The notes under the pieces are model-generated. The model saw only the letters and a list, made by a program, of their open reading frames with translations, did no database searches and was not told the DNA's origin. Shown piece by piece: positions 27,600-37,910 of a stretch of 64,000 nucleotides of DNA. Both the position numbers and the translations under genes were made by a program. How positions within the stretch are numbered: position 1 is the first letter of the stretch; each line of letters opens with the position of its first letter. This DNA is from Polyangiales bacterium (GTDB taxonomy: Bacteria; Myxococcota_A; Polyangia; Polyangiales; Houyiibacteriaceae). The stretch lies in NCBI GenBank assembly GCA_045106895.1, contig JBGCFM010000039.1, forward strand, positions 160,001-224,000, read 5' to 3'.

Positions 27600-29492
27600 G
27601 TGCCGCGAAACGTCCTAGTCGGAGCATTGTGCCTCACGGCGGCGTGCAGTGTCCCAACCAGCCGGCCCGACGCTTCCGGCGCCACCGACGCCGGCCTCGC
27701 GGACGTTCACGCCGATGGTTTACCCATGGGTCCGGGGACGTGCGTGAGCGCTGCGGACTGCGATGACGGGCTGCTGTGCAACGGGAGTGAGTCCTGCCTG
27801 CGTGGCACGTGTGCCGCCGGCATCCGCGTCGACTGCAATGATGGCATCGCCTGCACCGTCGATCGATGCGATGAAGCGACGGTTCAATGCGAACACATCC
27901 CCACCGACCTCGACGGCGACGGTCACGCCGATCGCTTCTGTCGGGGCGCTAACGGCCTCGCGCTTGGGGACGATTGCGACGACCGGGACCCTCAACGATT
28001 CCCGGGAAACCTCGAAATCTGTGACGCGCTGGGCCACGACGAGGACTGCGACGCCACCACCCTCGGGATGACCGACAACGACGGCGATGGGCACATCGCC
28101 GCGCGCTGCTGCAACTTCGCGTCGGGCCTTCTGCGTTGCGGCGACGACTGTGACGACTCCGTCGCCGCCGTACGCCCCTCCGCCAGCGAAACGTGCAACG
28201 GCATTGACGACGACTGCGATGGGCTCGTCGACGACCTCCTAGGCGGCACCGTTGTGTGCACAGCCGGAGAATCGCGGTCCTGCGCAAACGTGTGCGGCGT
28301 CCTTGGTGAACAGCGCTGCGCCGCGGACTGCCTCGGCTTCACAGAGTGCATCGCACCCGAAGCCTGCAACGGCTGCGACGACGATCGCGACGGCGCCACG
28401 GACAATGGCTTTGAGTGCGCGCAGGGCAGGAGCGACGCTTGTGTCACCTCCTGCGGCACCCAAGGCACGCGTGTCTGCGGTGATGTTTGCAGCTTTGGCG
28501 CCTGCACGCGCGCCGAACAGTGCAACTACTGCGACGACGACGGCAACGGTGACTGGTCCGACGACGCTGCCCTCGCCCTCGATGTGACGGAAAGCGGCAT
28601 CGAGTGTGACCCGTTGAATGGGGTGAACGTGGAGTGCACGACGCTCGTCGTTCAAGACACGCCGAGCAGTCCGGTGCGCACCGTGGAGATGCTGCAGATG
28701 ACGGGGGACGCCTTAGGCGAGTCCAGCGCGTACTGGATCCCCATCGGCCGAATGGGGTTTGGCGCCGTCGAGGTCCGTGTCGTCACTTACGCCACCCCCT
28801 TGGAGCCAGATCCCCCACCCAACCATTGGCTCATCGGCGGATGGTCCATCGTGCTCTCGACGGACGGAACTCCCGTCGCGGGGAGCGGACAGCGACGGGG
28901 TATGCCGGATGATCGCCATGGCATCGCGTTCAGCTGGCTTTGGTACACGCCGCGCTCGACCTGTTGTACGCCCAGCTCGGCGCCCGCGGACGGCGCCCGC
29001 TTCTTCCGCCTGGAGCCAGGAATGGCACCCATGGCGCGGGGTCTCTTCGACGGCATCACACATTATGATGTCCCTGCACCCACGAGCGTCAGGCTCAACA
29101 GCACAAGTGGGCGTGTGCGCCAAGAGATGATCGCTCGCTACACGCCCGACGATCCCGCCACCTTGGCGAACGAAGAGCAAGTTCTGCTTCAGATCATCGA
29201 CGAAGGTGGGCCTTTTCGCCCACGAGCCATCGTCGAGCACCTCTACGTGGCTGATTCGGACGCGATGCTCATCGACCCGGACGGAGACTATCAGGTAGGT
29301 GACCCGATCTACCTCGGGATCACGGCAGGCACCTACGCGGACTCTTACCCGGACGGCATTGTTGGCGGGTTTCCGGTCCACGTCGAAGTCGAGCTCACAT
29401 CGACCTACGAGATCCCGACTCCCGAAGGTCCAGTCACGGTGCGCGACAACGTCAGCCGGGTCATCCGCCACAACCATTGCACAGGACTCTAG
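27600..29492 (+). CDS. Cys-rich lipoprotein with MopE-like and Dicty-CTDC-like repeats, paralog A
   Basis: TAAC lipobox; CNDGIACTVDRCDE; DLDGDGH...DCDD; ETCNGIDDDCDG; beta-rich C-terminal domain. Confidence 0.8.
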   Translation: MPRNVLVGALCLTAACSVPTSRPDASGATDAGLADVHADGLPMGPGTCVSAADCDDGLLCNGSESCLRGTCAAGIRVDCNDGIACTVDRCDEATVQCEHIPTDLDGDGHADRFCRGANGLALGDDCDDRDPQRFPGNLEICDALGHDEDCDATTLGMTDNDGDGHIAARCCNFASGLLRCGDDCDDSVAAVRPSASETCNGIDDDCDGLVDDLLGGTVVCTAGESRSCANVCGVLGEQRCAADCLGFTECIAPEACNGCDDDRDGATDNGFECAQGRSDACVTSCGTQGTRVCGDVCSFGACTRAEQCNYCDDDGNGDWSDDAALALDVTESGIECDPLNGVNVECTTLVVQDTPSSPVRTVEMLQMTGDALGESSAYWIPIGRMGFGAVEVRVVTYATPLEPDPPPNHWLIGGWSIVLSTDGTPVAGSGQRRGMPDDRHGIAFSWLWYTPRSTCCTPSSAPADGARFFRLEPGMAPMARGLFDGITHYDVPAPTSVRLNSTSGRVRQEMIARYTPDDPATLANEEQVLLQIIDEGGPFRPRAIVEHLYVADSDAMLIDPDGDYQVGDPIYLGITAGTYADSYPDGIVGGFPVHVEVELTSTYEIPTPEGPVTVRDNVSRVIRHNHCTGL

Positions 29493-29493
29493 C

Positions 29494-31293
29494 GTGACAA
29501 CGACAACACCCCTGCGTATCGCGCTCCTCGCCCTCAGCATCGGCTGTGGACCAAGCGATCCCGCCCTTGACGCGTCGACGGACACGGGTGGCGAGGACGC
29601 CGGCGCCGACATCCTCGGAGCCGAGGGATGCGTGGACGCAAGCGACTGCGACGACGGCCGTGCATGCAACGGGCGGGAGTCATGCAACGTGGGTTTCTGC
29701 GTCGCCGGCGTGCCCATCGATTGCGACGACGGCATCGCCTGCACCCAAGACATCTGCGACGAGGAATCGCTTGAGTGCCGCCACCTCGCCCAAGACATCG
29801 ACGGGGATGGCCACGGCGAAGCGCTCTGCCGCGGCGAAGATGGGCTACCCCTCGGCGACGACTGCGATGATACGGACCCGGAGCGCTATCCCGGAGGCAT
29901 CGAAGTGTGTGACGCGCTCGCCCACGACGAAGACTGCGACCCGACCACGTTGGGCGACACGGACCTCGATGAGGACGGCTTCGTGTCGTCGATGTGCTGC
30001 AATGTGCAGGCCGGCGCGCGGGTGTGCGGCGGAGATTGCAGCGACGGAACGAGAGACATCAACCCCGGCGCAAGCGAAACCTGCAACGGCGTGGACGACG
30101 ACTGTGATGGGCTCATCGACGATGTCGTGGACGGCGTCGTCGTCTGCTCCTCGGGCCTTGAGCGCCTCTGCACCACCAGCTGCGGCGCCCTCGGCACTCA
30201 GAGCTGCCGAGAGGACTGCCTGGGCTACGGCCCGTGCGTCGCGCCGGAGGTCTGCAACGGCTGCGACGATGATCTCGACGGCGTCTCAGACGAAGAGTTC
30301 GAGTGTGCCGCAGGAACAAGCGCCGCCTGCCCCACCTCCTGCGGGAGCGATGGGATTCATGTGTGCACATCCCTCTGCGAATACACTCCATGCGTGCGAA
30401 GCGAAGTCTGCAACTACTGCGACGACGATGGCGACGGCGATTTCCTCGACGATGCTCCACTGGCGCGGGATGTTTCAAACACACATCACGACGCGTGCGT
30501 GCCGGAGTCCCTCGACGGGAGCGCCCAGTGTCTGCCGCCGATTCCGGTTGGCAACCCAATGTACCCAGGCCAGCTCCACTACGTCGAGCTGACCCCGGGG
30601 CTGTCCGGCGATGAAGCAGGCGCCTATTGGATCCCGCTCCCACGGCTTGGCTTCGGCGTGGTCCGTGTTCGCGCTCGCATCGAGGCGCGGATTGTCGCCG
30701 GCGGCTCCGGCACGCCGAACGGCGGCTGGTCTCTCATGCTGGTTCGCTCAGGAACGGGCGTCGGTAGCCCCGAGAACTACGGCGCGCCGGACGACCGCGT
30801 GGGACTCAGCGTGGAGTGGCGCTGGGGGGCGGACGGTGATGACACCGACGAGGTCCGGCACCTGGCGCTCGCGCCGGAGCGAACTCCTCGCGGTTCCGGG
30901 GACGGCTCCGGACACGACGCCTTCACGCGCCCGTTTCACAGCCTGGATGCCCTCAGCGGCGGTTGGATCGCGCAGGAGGTCGAGCTGGAGTACAGGCCCG
31001 ACGACCTTGGAACGACGAACAACGAAGAATACATCGCGAGCGTCCTTGGTCCTGCGCCGGCTACGAGTTCATTCTTTGCCCCAGGCGCATTCGCCAACGG
31101 TCCAGACGGCGACTACGAGGTTGGCGCGCCGATGTTCCTTGGGATCACCACGGGGCACTACCTCGACGGTGGCGCAGGTCACGCGATCCAAGTGCGCGTC
31201 ATACTCAACGTCTACGACTACATCACGCCATCCGACCTCAGCTACGTGTATTCGACAGAGGCCGAAACCGAAGGGCACTGCCGAGGCATCTAA
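29494..31293 (+). CDS. Cys-rich lipoprotein with MopE-like repeats, paralog B
   Basis: IGC lipobox; same repeat order as 27600-29492; shared AYWIP..GFG, GGWS, PDGDY motifs. Confidence 0.8.
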   Translation: MTTTTPLRIALLALSIGCGPSDPALDASTDTGGEDAGADILGAEGCVDASDCDDGRACNGRESCNVGFCVAGVPIDCDDGIACTQDICDEESLECRHLAQDIDGDGHGEALCRGEDGLPLGDDCDDTDPERYPGGIEVCDALAHDEDCDPTTLGDTDLDEDGFVSSMCCNVQAGARVCGGDCSDGTRDINPGASETCNGVDDDCDGLIDDVVDGVVVCSSGLERLCTTSCGALGTQSCREDCLGYGPCVAPEVCNGCDDDLDGVSDEEFECAAGTSAACPTSCGSDGIHVCTSLCEYTPCVRSEVCNYCDDDGDGDFLDDAPLARDVSNTHHDACVPESLDGSAQCLPPIPVGNPMYPGQLHYVELTPGLSGDEAGAYWIPLPRLGFGVVRVRARIEARIVAGGSGTPNGGWSLMLVRSGTGVGSPENYGAPDDRVGLSVEWRWGADGDDTDEVRHLALAPERTPRGSGDGSGHDAFTRPFHSLDALSGGWIAQEVELEYRPDDLGTTNNEEYIASVLGPAPATSSFFAPGAFANGPDGDYEVGAPMFLGITTGHYLDGGAGHAIQVRVILNVYDYITPSDLSYVYSTEAETEGHCRGI

Positions 31294-31354
31294 GCGCAGG
31301 CTTCTGGGTCTGGCCCCTGAGTGCGCGTAGAGACCCGGTGTGCTTTGCTGCGGC

Positions 31355-32269
31355 GTGCTGAGCAAGAAAAAGGCCCGCCGAATCGTCGTGAACGAGCTGG
31401 AGTACTTCTGGGTCGCCACGGGCCAGAACGGCACCATCGACCTCTTCGTCGAGCGAAACGTCCCAAGCTCGCCGAAGCTTGTCTGCGTCTTCGGCTACGG
31501 CAATGGCTACGGCAACGAGGGAGTCAGCGGCGCCAAGCAAGTCGCCATCACCCCAAGCGTCGCCCGCCGCGCCATCGTCCGCGCGCGGGAGCTCGGCTGG
31601 AACCCAGACGCGCCCGGTAAAGATCTCCGCCTAAAGCCCGATGAGCACAAGCTCGACATCGGGCGCGACCGCACACGTCATTTCTACAAAGTCTACGAGG
31701 CCCTCAAGCCGGCGCTGCATCCGGGCTACGAGCACATCCTGGATGACCTCGTCGACATCGAGGTCATCGCCGACAACCTCTGGTCCGCCAACCCCGGCGA
31801 TGAGTTTTGGCGCGCCGCCATCGACGTCCTCAGTCTGCACTTTGGACAAGACACCACGCAGTTCGAGTCCAGGCTCGCCAGCGCGCACGCCGTGGAAGTC
31901 CAGGACGGACTCGCCGGCGCCTACAGGTCCCCGAAGGGCGAACTCATCGGATGGGCACAGCCCATTGCGACCATCGCCCAGCCTGACGTAAGAGGCTACG
32001 TCGAGCTCGGCGCAAACGACGCGCGCATTTTCGCCGAGGGCTTGCGCAAACTTGCATCGCTCCCAAAACTGGCGGACGCCACGAGCACAACAAGCGAGTG
32101 GCTACCGACACGCGGAGACGTCTACCTCGAACTCCCCGCGCTACAGCTTCTCGCCATCTCCGCACAGCACGCCGAGACCCTCGCCGCTCGCCTCATCGAA
32201 CTCAGCCACGACATCCCTGCCGAATCTCCATTGCCACCGTGGCACCCATGCCGAAGAACCGACCCATGA
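31355..32269 (+). CDS. hypothetical protein
   Basis: KKKARRIVV..YFW...ITPS..RAI..A..LGWNP N-terminal module; strong coding bias. Confidence 0.65.
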   Translation: MLSKKKARRIVVNELEYFWVATGQNGTIDLFVERNVPSSPKLVCVFGYGNGYGNEGVSGAKQVAITPSVARRAIVRARELGWNPDAPGKDLRLKPDEHKLDIGRDRTRHFYKVYEALKPALHPGYEHILDDLVDIEVIADNLWSANPGDEFWRAAIDVLSLHFGQDTTQFESRLASAHAVEVQDGLAGAYRSPKGELIGWAQPIATIAQPDVRGYVELGANDARIFAEGLRKLASLPKLADATSTTSEWLPTRGDVYLELPALQLLAISAQHAETLAARLIELSHDIPAESPLPPWHPCRRTDP

Positions 32270-32688
32270 TCGCCATCAACCTGCAGTCCGCCGAACGCTC
32301 CCCCACGGAAACCGTCGAGGCCTTCCTCGCGGCCCTCGCCGCCCTCGATATGGACGGCGCGCGCGCGCTCATGGCGGACGACATCGTCTACCAGAACGTG
32401 CCCTTCCCCGCAGACCATGGCGCAGACGCGACCACCAAGACGCTCAAGAAGTTCCTCGTTCCCTTTCGCAGCTTCGAGGTGGAGACCCTCAACATCGCCG
32501 CCAACGGCAACACCGTGCTCACAGAGCGCATCGACACATTCGCCAATGGCAAGTACCGCGCAGGCTTCTGGGTCTGCGGAACTTTCGAGGTCCAGGACGG
32601 CAAGATCACGCTCTGGCGTGACCGTTTCGACATGGCCGACATGACCTTCAGCCTCGTTCGAGGCCTCCTGCGAGCGCCCTTTCGTTAG
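32266..32688 (+). CDS. limonene-1,2-epoxide hydrolase family (NTF2-like) protein
   Basis: DDIVYQNVP, VLTERID, VCGTFEV.DGKITLWRD. Confidence 0.88.
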   Translation: MIAINLQSAERSPTETVEAFLAALAALDMDGARALMADDIVYQNVPFPADHGADATTKTLKKFLVPFRSFEVETLNIAANGNTVLTERIDTFANGKYRAGFWVCGTFEVQDGKITLWRDRFDMADMTFSLVRGLLRAPFR

Positions 32689-33610
32689 CGGACGTTTCGC
32701 CGGCTCGGGTTTCGTGTGACTGCCCAGCGAGCGGTACGAGTTCGCGGATGATCGAAGCCAATGCGTCCTCGGCGGGCGTCATCTCAAACCCTGGCAGCAG
32801 CCTACGGAGCTTGCTTCCGTCGAGGGAATGCGCGGCGTCCCAGAGGTAACGCATCTCAAGGAGCTCGCGTCCGAGGCGCCAAAACGGGTAGGCCAAGCGC
32901 ATCGCAAACCAAGGCACAGACTTCAGCTTCAGCGGCCCCGTCGTGTTCTCAACCAACGCGCGCAGCGCCTCGCCCGTGAGCGTGAGCCCTTCGAAGGGAA
33001 TGTCTTCAAAGTAGCCAAGGGTCTCTCGTCGCTCCGCCAATGCCACGGCGGCACGCGCAAAGTCCGGCACGTACGCCCAGCTATGCTCCGCGTCCATGCG
33101 CCCTGGGTACGTAAAACTCCCTGACGCGAGCCCCTTCAGCAGCACCAGGTCGAGCCAGTTTCCGCTCACGCTGTCCCCAAAGAAATCACCCGCGCGTAGC
33201 ACTAGTGTCTGCACGCCACGCTCCGCCGCGCTTCGGTACGCCTCCTCCATCTCAGCGCGTATCGCGCCCTTTGTTGTCTCCGGTTCGTGCGCGCTCTCTT
33301 CGCTCCATGCGCCACCGCTACGTGCGTAGACGTAGACATTGCCCGGCACGATCACCGTCGCCCCGGACGACTCCGCGGCAGCGAGGACCTGACGGGTAAT
33401 GGCCGGGATCGCCGTCGCCCACCCCTCATAGTTCGGCGGGTTCAGGCCGTTGAAAATCACCTCCGCTCCGGCGGCTGCCCTCCGCATATCCTGCGTGTGG
33501 CGATCAAAGCGCCGAACCTCCCAGCCCGCTGCTTCAAACGCCTCAGCGACGTGACCTCCCGACATTCCGCTCGCACCCAAGACCAAGACCGTTTGATTCG
33601 TTGTTTCCAT
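32648..33610 (-). CDS. NAD-dependent epimerase/dehydratase family protein
   Basis: VLVLGASGMSG, PGNVYVY, LRAGDFFG, HSWAYVPD. Confidence 0.85.
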   Translation of the reverse strand: METTNQTVLVLGASGMSGGHVAEAFEAAGWEVRRFDRHTQDMRRAAAGAEVIFNGLNPPNYEGWATAIPAITRQVLAAAESSGATVIVPGNVYVYARSGGAWSEESAHEPETTKGAIRAEMEEAYRSAAERGVQTLVLRAGDFFGDSVSGNWLDLVLLKGLASGSFTYPGRMDAEHSWAYVPDFARAAVALAERRETLGYFEDIPFEGLTLTGEALRALVENTTGPLKLKSVPWFAMRLAYPFWRLGRELLEMRYLWDAAHSLDGSKLRRLLPGFEMTPAEDALASIIRELVPLAGQSHETRAGETSANERALAGGLERG

Positions 33611-33695
33611 GTTTCTTCTCCTGGGACCAACATGAATGAATACAAAAAGAAGCGAAACGGCCAAAACCGCAGCTCGACTATGCAATAATGACTAG

Positions 33696-34592
33696 ATGGA
33701 CTGGGACCTAGTACGGAGCTTTCACGCGGTCATGGAGGCAGGATCGCTCTCAGGCGCCGCTCGGCAGATGGGCATCAGCCAGCCCACGGTGGGGCGCCAC
33801 ATCGCCGAACTCGAAGAGCAGCTCGGCGCCGTGCTCTTTGAGCGCGCGGGGAGACTTCGTCCGACGGAATCCGCTCGCACCCTCATGGCGCACGCCAAAG
33901 CGATGCACGATGCGGCGACTCTACTTCGCCTCCGCGCCGCCGGTGACGCGCAAGCTCTCAGCGGCAGCGTGCGCGTCACCGCCTCGCAGATCGTGGCGGT
34001 CTATCGCCTTCCGCCAATCCTCGCGCGCGTCTCGACGGCGCAACCGAATATCGATCTGGAACTCGTCGTATCCAACGACAATCAGAACCTACTGCGACGC
34101 GACGCCGACATCGCGCTTCGCATGGTGGAACCGACGCAGAAAGAGATCATCGCCAAACGCATCGGCGACATTCCGATGGGGCTCTTCGCGCACCGCGACT
34201 ACCTCGCCGAGCGCGGTACACCAAAGAGCGCGGAGGACCTCCTCGCGCATACCTTCATCGGCTACGATCGCTCGGACCTTCTACTGCGCGGCATTCGCGC
34301 CTTCGGGCTTCAGGTCTCCCGCGAAGACTTTCGTATCCGCACGGACGACCAGGTCGCTCAAGTCGAGCTAATGCGCGCCGGCGCTGGAATCGCGGCGACG
34401 CAATGCGCCGTCGCAGCCGCTCATCCCGAACTTGTCCAGGTTATCCCCGAGCTTCCTATCCCCCCGCTGACGCTGTGGCTCGCGACGCACCGCGAAGTCC
34501 ACACGTCGGCGCGCGTACGCGCCATCTACGACCTTCTCAGCGCAGAGATGCGCTCCGCCCTCAGCCAAGCGGAGCACACGCCCACAACGTGA
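33696..34592 (+). CDS. LysR family transcriptional regulator
   Basis: MDWDLVRSF...GSLSGAARQMGISQPTVGRHIAELE; NLLRRDADIALR; divergent from the epimerase. Confidence 0.93.
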   Translation: MDWDLVRSFHAVMEAGSLSGAARQMGISQPTVGRHIAELEEQLGAVLFERAGRLRPTESARTLMAHAKAMHDAATLLRLRAAGDAQALSGSVRVTASQIVAVYRLPPILARVSTAQPNIDLELVVSNDNQNLLRRDADIALRMVEPTQKEIIAKRIGDIPMGLFAHRDYLAERGTPKSAEDLLAHTFIGYDRSDLLLRGIRAFGLQVSREDFRIRTDDQVAQVELMRAGAGIAATQCAVAAAHPELVQVIPELPIPPLTLWLATHREVHTSARVRAIYDLLSAEMRSALSQAEHTPTT

Positions 34593-34621
34593 CCCGTCCA
34601 CGTATGCTAGGTCTAAAGTCG

Positions 34622-35287
34622 ATGAGCATTCCAACGCCAACGCCGGCGACCCTGACAGAGCTGCTCTCCTTCGACCTGCGCTACGGACTGCCCTCCGTCG
34701 TCTCCGTTCTACGCTCGAAGCTCACCCTTCGGGAGCTTGGCCGCGTCGCGTTTTCCCTCGCTCGACACGCGCCCCACGATCCCCTCGCCATACGCAAGAA
34801 CCTGCCCTCGTGGAACGATGCGCACGACAAGCTCACGCGCTACCAGCTGCGGGCACTCTTCCGCCTCGACGACGCCACGCGCAGCGCCCTTCGCTGGGAC
34901 GAGGCAGCACGTCTCGCGCTTCTCCGCGAAGTAGTCGCCGCCAGCGGCAGCGTATTCATCTCGAAGAACGTGCCCTTCCCTTCCGGCGCCGCGTGGAAGG
35001 CATCCAACCAAGAGGAGCGCGCGGACTTCGCGGCGCGCCTCCAGGGCCGCCTTTTCAACACCATCATGAAGACTCACGAGGTGACGGATCGAGCCCTCGC
35101 CTTCGACGTCAGCGCCTGCCGCTTTGCCCAACTGTGCCGGGCCTACGAGCGCATGTACCTCGCGCCCCTCTTCTGCGAAGCAGACGCCCGTTTCTTCCGC
35201 GACAGCTCAACGGGCATCCAGCTGCAGCGCACCAAGACCCTCGCGCGCGGCGACGACGTGTGCGATTTTCGCTTCGTGTGGGAGTGA
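34622..35287 (+). CDS. L-2-amino-thiazoline-4-carboxylate hydrolase (ATC_hydrolase)-like protein
   Basis: FDVSACRFA...FCEAD...LQRTKTLARGDDVCDFRF. Confidence 0.75.
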   Translation: MSIPTPTPATLTELLSFDLRYGLPSVVSVLRSKLTLRELGRVAFSLARHAPHDPLAIRKNLPSWNDAHDKLTRYQLRALFRLDDATRSALRWDEAARLALLREVVAASGSVFISKNVPFPSGAAWKASNQEERADFAARLQGRLFNTIMKTHEVTDRALAFDVSACRFAQLCRAYERMYLAPLFCEADARFFRDSSTGIQLQRTKTLARGDDVCDFRFVWE

Positions 35288-35354
35288 GCCATAGCGCGGC
35301 GCGCGAGGGAGCCAGTGCTCCGCTCGCGCACTAGACCCCAACGCCCGGCCTCAG

Positions 35355-37598
35355 TCAGAGATCGAAGCGGTCCAGGCTCATCACTTTGTGCCACGCGGCG
35401 GCGAAGTCCTGAACGAATCGCTCGCGAGCGTCGTCCGCGGCGTAGACTTCGGCGAGGGCACGCAGCTGTGAATTCGAGCCGAAGAGCAAGTCCACCGAGG
35501 TCCCCGTCCAGACCACTTCGCCGGAGCTCCGGTCGCGGCCTTCGTACACCGTAGTCTCACCGACACGGCTCCACTCCGTGTCCATGTTGAGCAAGTTCGT
35601 GAAGAACGCGTTGTTGAGGGTCCCCGGCGTGTCGGTCCATACCCCGTGCGCGCTGCCGCCGTGGTTGGCACCGAGCACGCGGAGGCCGCCGAGCAGCACC
35701 GTCATCTCCGGGGCGGTGAGCGTCAGAAGGTCCGCTCGGTCCACGAGCGCTTCCATGACCCGCTGCTCCCCCTCGTCGCCAAGGTAGTTGCGGAACGCGT
35801 CCGTCTGCGGTTGCAGAGCCGCGAACGAGTCCGCGTTCGTCATCGCCCGCGTCGCGTCCGTTCGCCCAGGCTCAAACGGAACCTCCACGCTCACGCCGGC
35901 GGCCGCCGCAGCGCTCTCCACGCCAGCGCATCCACCCAAGACCACGAGGTCCGCCATCGAGACGCGCTTGTCGCCGGCCTGCGCGCCGTTGAACTCGCTC
36001 TGAACGCGCTCGTAGGTCGCGAGCACCGCGGCGAGCGCCTCGGGCTCGTTCACAGCCCAGCCGTTCTGCGGCGCGAAACGAATGCGCGCCCCGTTCGCGC
36101 CGCCACGGCGGTCCGTGTCGCGGTACGTGGAGGCCGACGCCCAAGCCGTGCTCACGAGCTGCGAGACCGTCAGGCCCGACGCGAGAATCGTCGCCTTCAG
36201 TGCTCGAATGTCTTCGTCCCCGATGAGCGGGTGGTCCACCACCGGGACCGGGTCCTGCCAGACCTGAGGCTCCGGCACGTCGGCCCCCAAGAGCCGCGTC
36301 GCTGGACCCATGTCTCTGTGCGTCAGCTTAAACCACGCACGCGCGAAGGCCGCTTCGAACTCTTCCGGGTTCTCGTAGAAGCGTCGCGAGATTCGCTCAT
36401 ACGCGGGGTCCATGCGGAGCGAGAGGTCCGTTGTCAGCATCATTGGGAGATGCCGTCGTGTCGCATCGTGAGCGTCGGGCACGCTCGGCGTGACCTCACC
36501 GGAGGGCTGCCACTGGTGTGCGCCGGCGGGGCTCGTCGTCAGCTCCCATTCGTACTCGAAGAGGTTGCGAAAGAACTCCCGAGACCAACGCGCCGGCGAG
36601 CTTGTCCAGGCGCCCTCGAGACCGCTCGTCACCGTGTCACCGCCGTTTCCGCTGCCGTGCTCGTTGCGCCAGCCCATCCCCTGCTCCTCGATGGGCGCGC
36701 CCTCCGGCGCGGGCCCGACGCCATGACCGTGCGCGCCATGGGCCTTGTCGAGCGTGTGTCCACCGGCGATGAGCGCCACCGTCTCTTCGTCGTTCATGCC
36801 CATGCGCGCGAAGGTGACGCGGATGTGATGGGCCGCCGCGACGGGGTCCGAGTTTCCACCCGGGCCTTCCGGATTCACGTAGATGAGGCCCATCTGCGAC
36901 GCACCAAGGGGACGCTCGAGGCCGGCTTCGGACCAACGCTCGTCGGCGAGCCATTCCGTTTCTGGTCCCCAGTTGATGTCCGTCGGTTCGAAGACATCTT
37001 CGCGACCGCCGCCGAAACCGAAGGTCGTGAACCCCATCGACTCGAGGGCGACGTTGCCCGTCAAGATCATCAGGTCGCCCCACGAGAGGCTGCGCCCGTA
37101 CTTGAGCTTCACCGGAAGGAGGAGGCGCCGAGCGCGGTCCAAGTTCGCGTTGTCAGGCCAGCTGTTGAGCGGCGCGAAACGGATGGTTCCAGAAGCGGAT
37201 CCGCCCCGGCCGTCGGAGCTTCGGTACGTGCCGGAGCTATGCCACGCGAGGCGAATCATCAGCCCGCCGTAGTGCCCGTAGTCCGCGGGCCACCAGGGTT
37301 GCGAAGTGGTGAGCACCGCCTCGATGTCTCGGCGCACCTCCGACAAGTCGAGAGCGCTAAACGCCTCCGCGTAATCGAAGGAAGTGTCCGTCGGGTCGCC
37401 GCTCGGCGCGTTCGCCTGCAAGACCCGAAGGTCGAGGCGATTCGGCCACCAATCTTCGTTGTTGGTGGCACGCTCGGCCCCCGCAGACGTCTCCGCCCGT
37501 TCCTGGGTAGGTGTCGTCGCTTCGCCGCGCGAGCAGGACGCGCTCAGGAGTCCGGCGGCCATCAGGGCCAGCAAGGGTGTGTTTCGTTGTCGATTCAT
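35355..37598 (-). CDS. katG: catalase-peroxidase with a putative lipoprotein/export signal
   Basis: [61 protein letters not shown]-terminal [22 protein letters not shown]. Confidence 0.97.
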   Translation of the reverse strand: MNRQRNTPLLALMAAGLLSASCSRGEATTPTQERAETSAGAERATNNEDWWPNRLDLRVLQANAPSGDPTDTSFDYAEAFSALDLSEVRRDIEAVLTTSQPWWPADYGHYGGLMIRLAWHSSGTYRSSDGRGGSASGTIRFAPLNSWPDNANLDRARRLLLPVKLKYGRSLSWGDLMILTGNVALESMGFTTFGFGGGREDVFEPTDINWGPETEWLADERWSEAGLERPLGASQMGLIYVNPEGPGGNSDPVAAAHHIRVTFARMGMNDEETVALIAGGHTLDKAHGAHGHGVGPAPEGAPIEEQGMGWRNEHGSGNGGDTVTSGLEGAWTSSPARWSREFFRNLFEYEWELTTSPAGAHQWQPSGEVTPSVPDAHDATRRHLPMMLTTDLSLRMDPAYERISRRFYENPEEFEAAFARAWFKLTHRDMGPATRLLGADVPEPQVWQDPVPVVDHPLIGDEDIRALKATILASGLTVSQLVSTAWASASTYRDTDRRGGANGARIRFAPQNGWAVNEPEALAAVLATYERVQSEFNGAQAGDKRVSMADLVVLGGCAGVESAAAAAGVSVEVPFEPGRTDATRAMTNADSFAALQPQTDAFRNYLGDEGEQRVMEALVDRADLLTLTAPEMTVLLGGLRVLGANHGGSAHGVWTDTPGTLNNAFFTNLLNMDTEWSRVGETTVYEGRDRSSGEVVWTGTSVDLLFGSNSQLRALAEVYAADDARERFVQDFAAAWHKVMSLDRFDL

Positions 37599-37650
37599 CG
37601 TGTGTCTTTCTTTGTCGATCCATGGATGGCGGACTTCTTCGAAGCGCAGC

Positions 37651-37818
37651 TCAGCGCTCCGCGTGCACGGCGCTCCGCTCATCCGAAGCGGCGCCGGCGG
37701 GCGTCGGCATCACTCCCGCCATGGCGTACCCAAGCCACCCGAAGAGCAAAATGAGAGCGACCCCCACGAAGAGCTCACCGGAAGCATTGGGTGCCGTTGG
37801 GCACGAACTTGAGTCCAT
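37651..37818 (-). CDS. putative 55-aa single-TM protein upstream of katG
   Basis: MDSSSCP...[21 protein letters not shown]...; ATG just downstream of the sigma-54 promoter. Confidence 0.45.
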   Translation of the reverse strand: MDSSSCPTAPNASGELFVGVALILLFGWLGYAMAGVMPTPAGAASDERSAVHAER

Positions 37819-37831
37819 GACGCCTAGACAA

Positions 37832-37847
37832 AGCAGAAGTCGTTCCA
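37832..37847 (-). promoter_or_regulatory. sigma-54 (-24/-12) promoter
   Basis: Minus strand TGGAACGACTTCTGCT = GG-N10-GC; adjacent to a sigma-54 activator gene. Confidence 0.75.
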
Positions 37848-37910
37848 ACGCAAAAACCACTCATTTCATGCACAAACGCCCACGAAGCACCCAAATAACG
37901 TTCCAAACAG

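Noticed and set aside
35646..37754. 702-aa plus-strand ORF antisense to katG (and similar long shadow ORFs such as 2369-3832, 4563-6173, 21090-22724, 55738-56853)
   Set aside because: Typical antisense open frames in high-GC DNA; no motifs, and the opposite strand encodes clear proteins.
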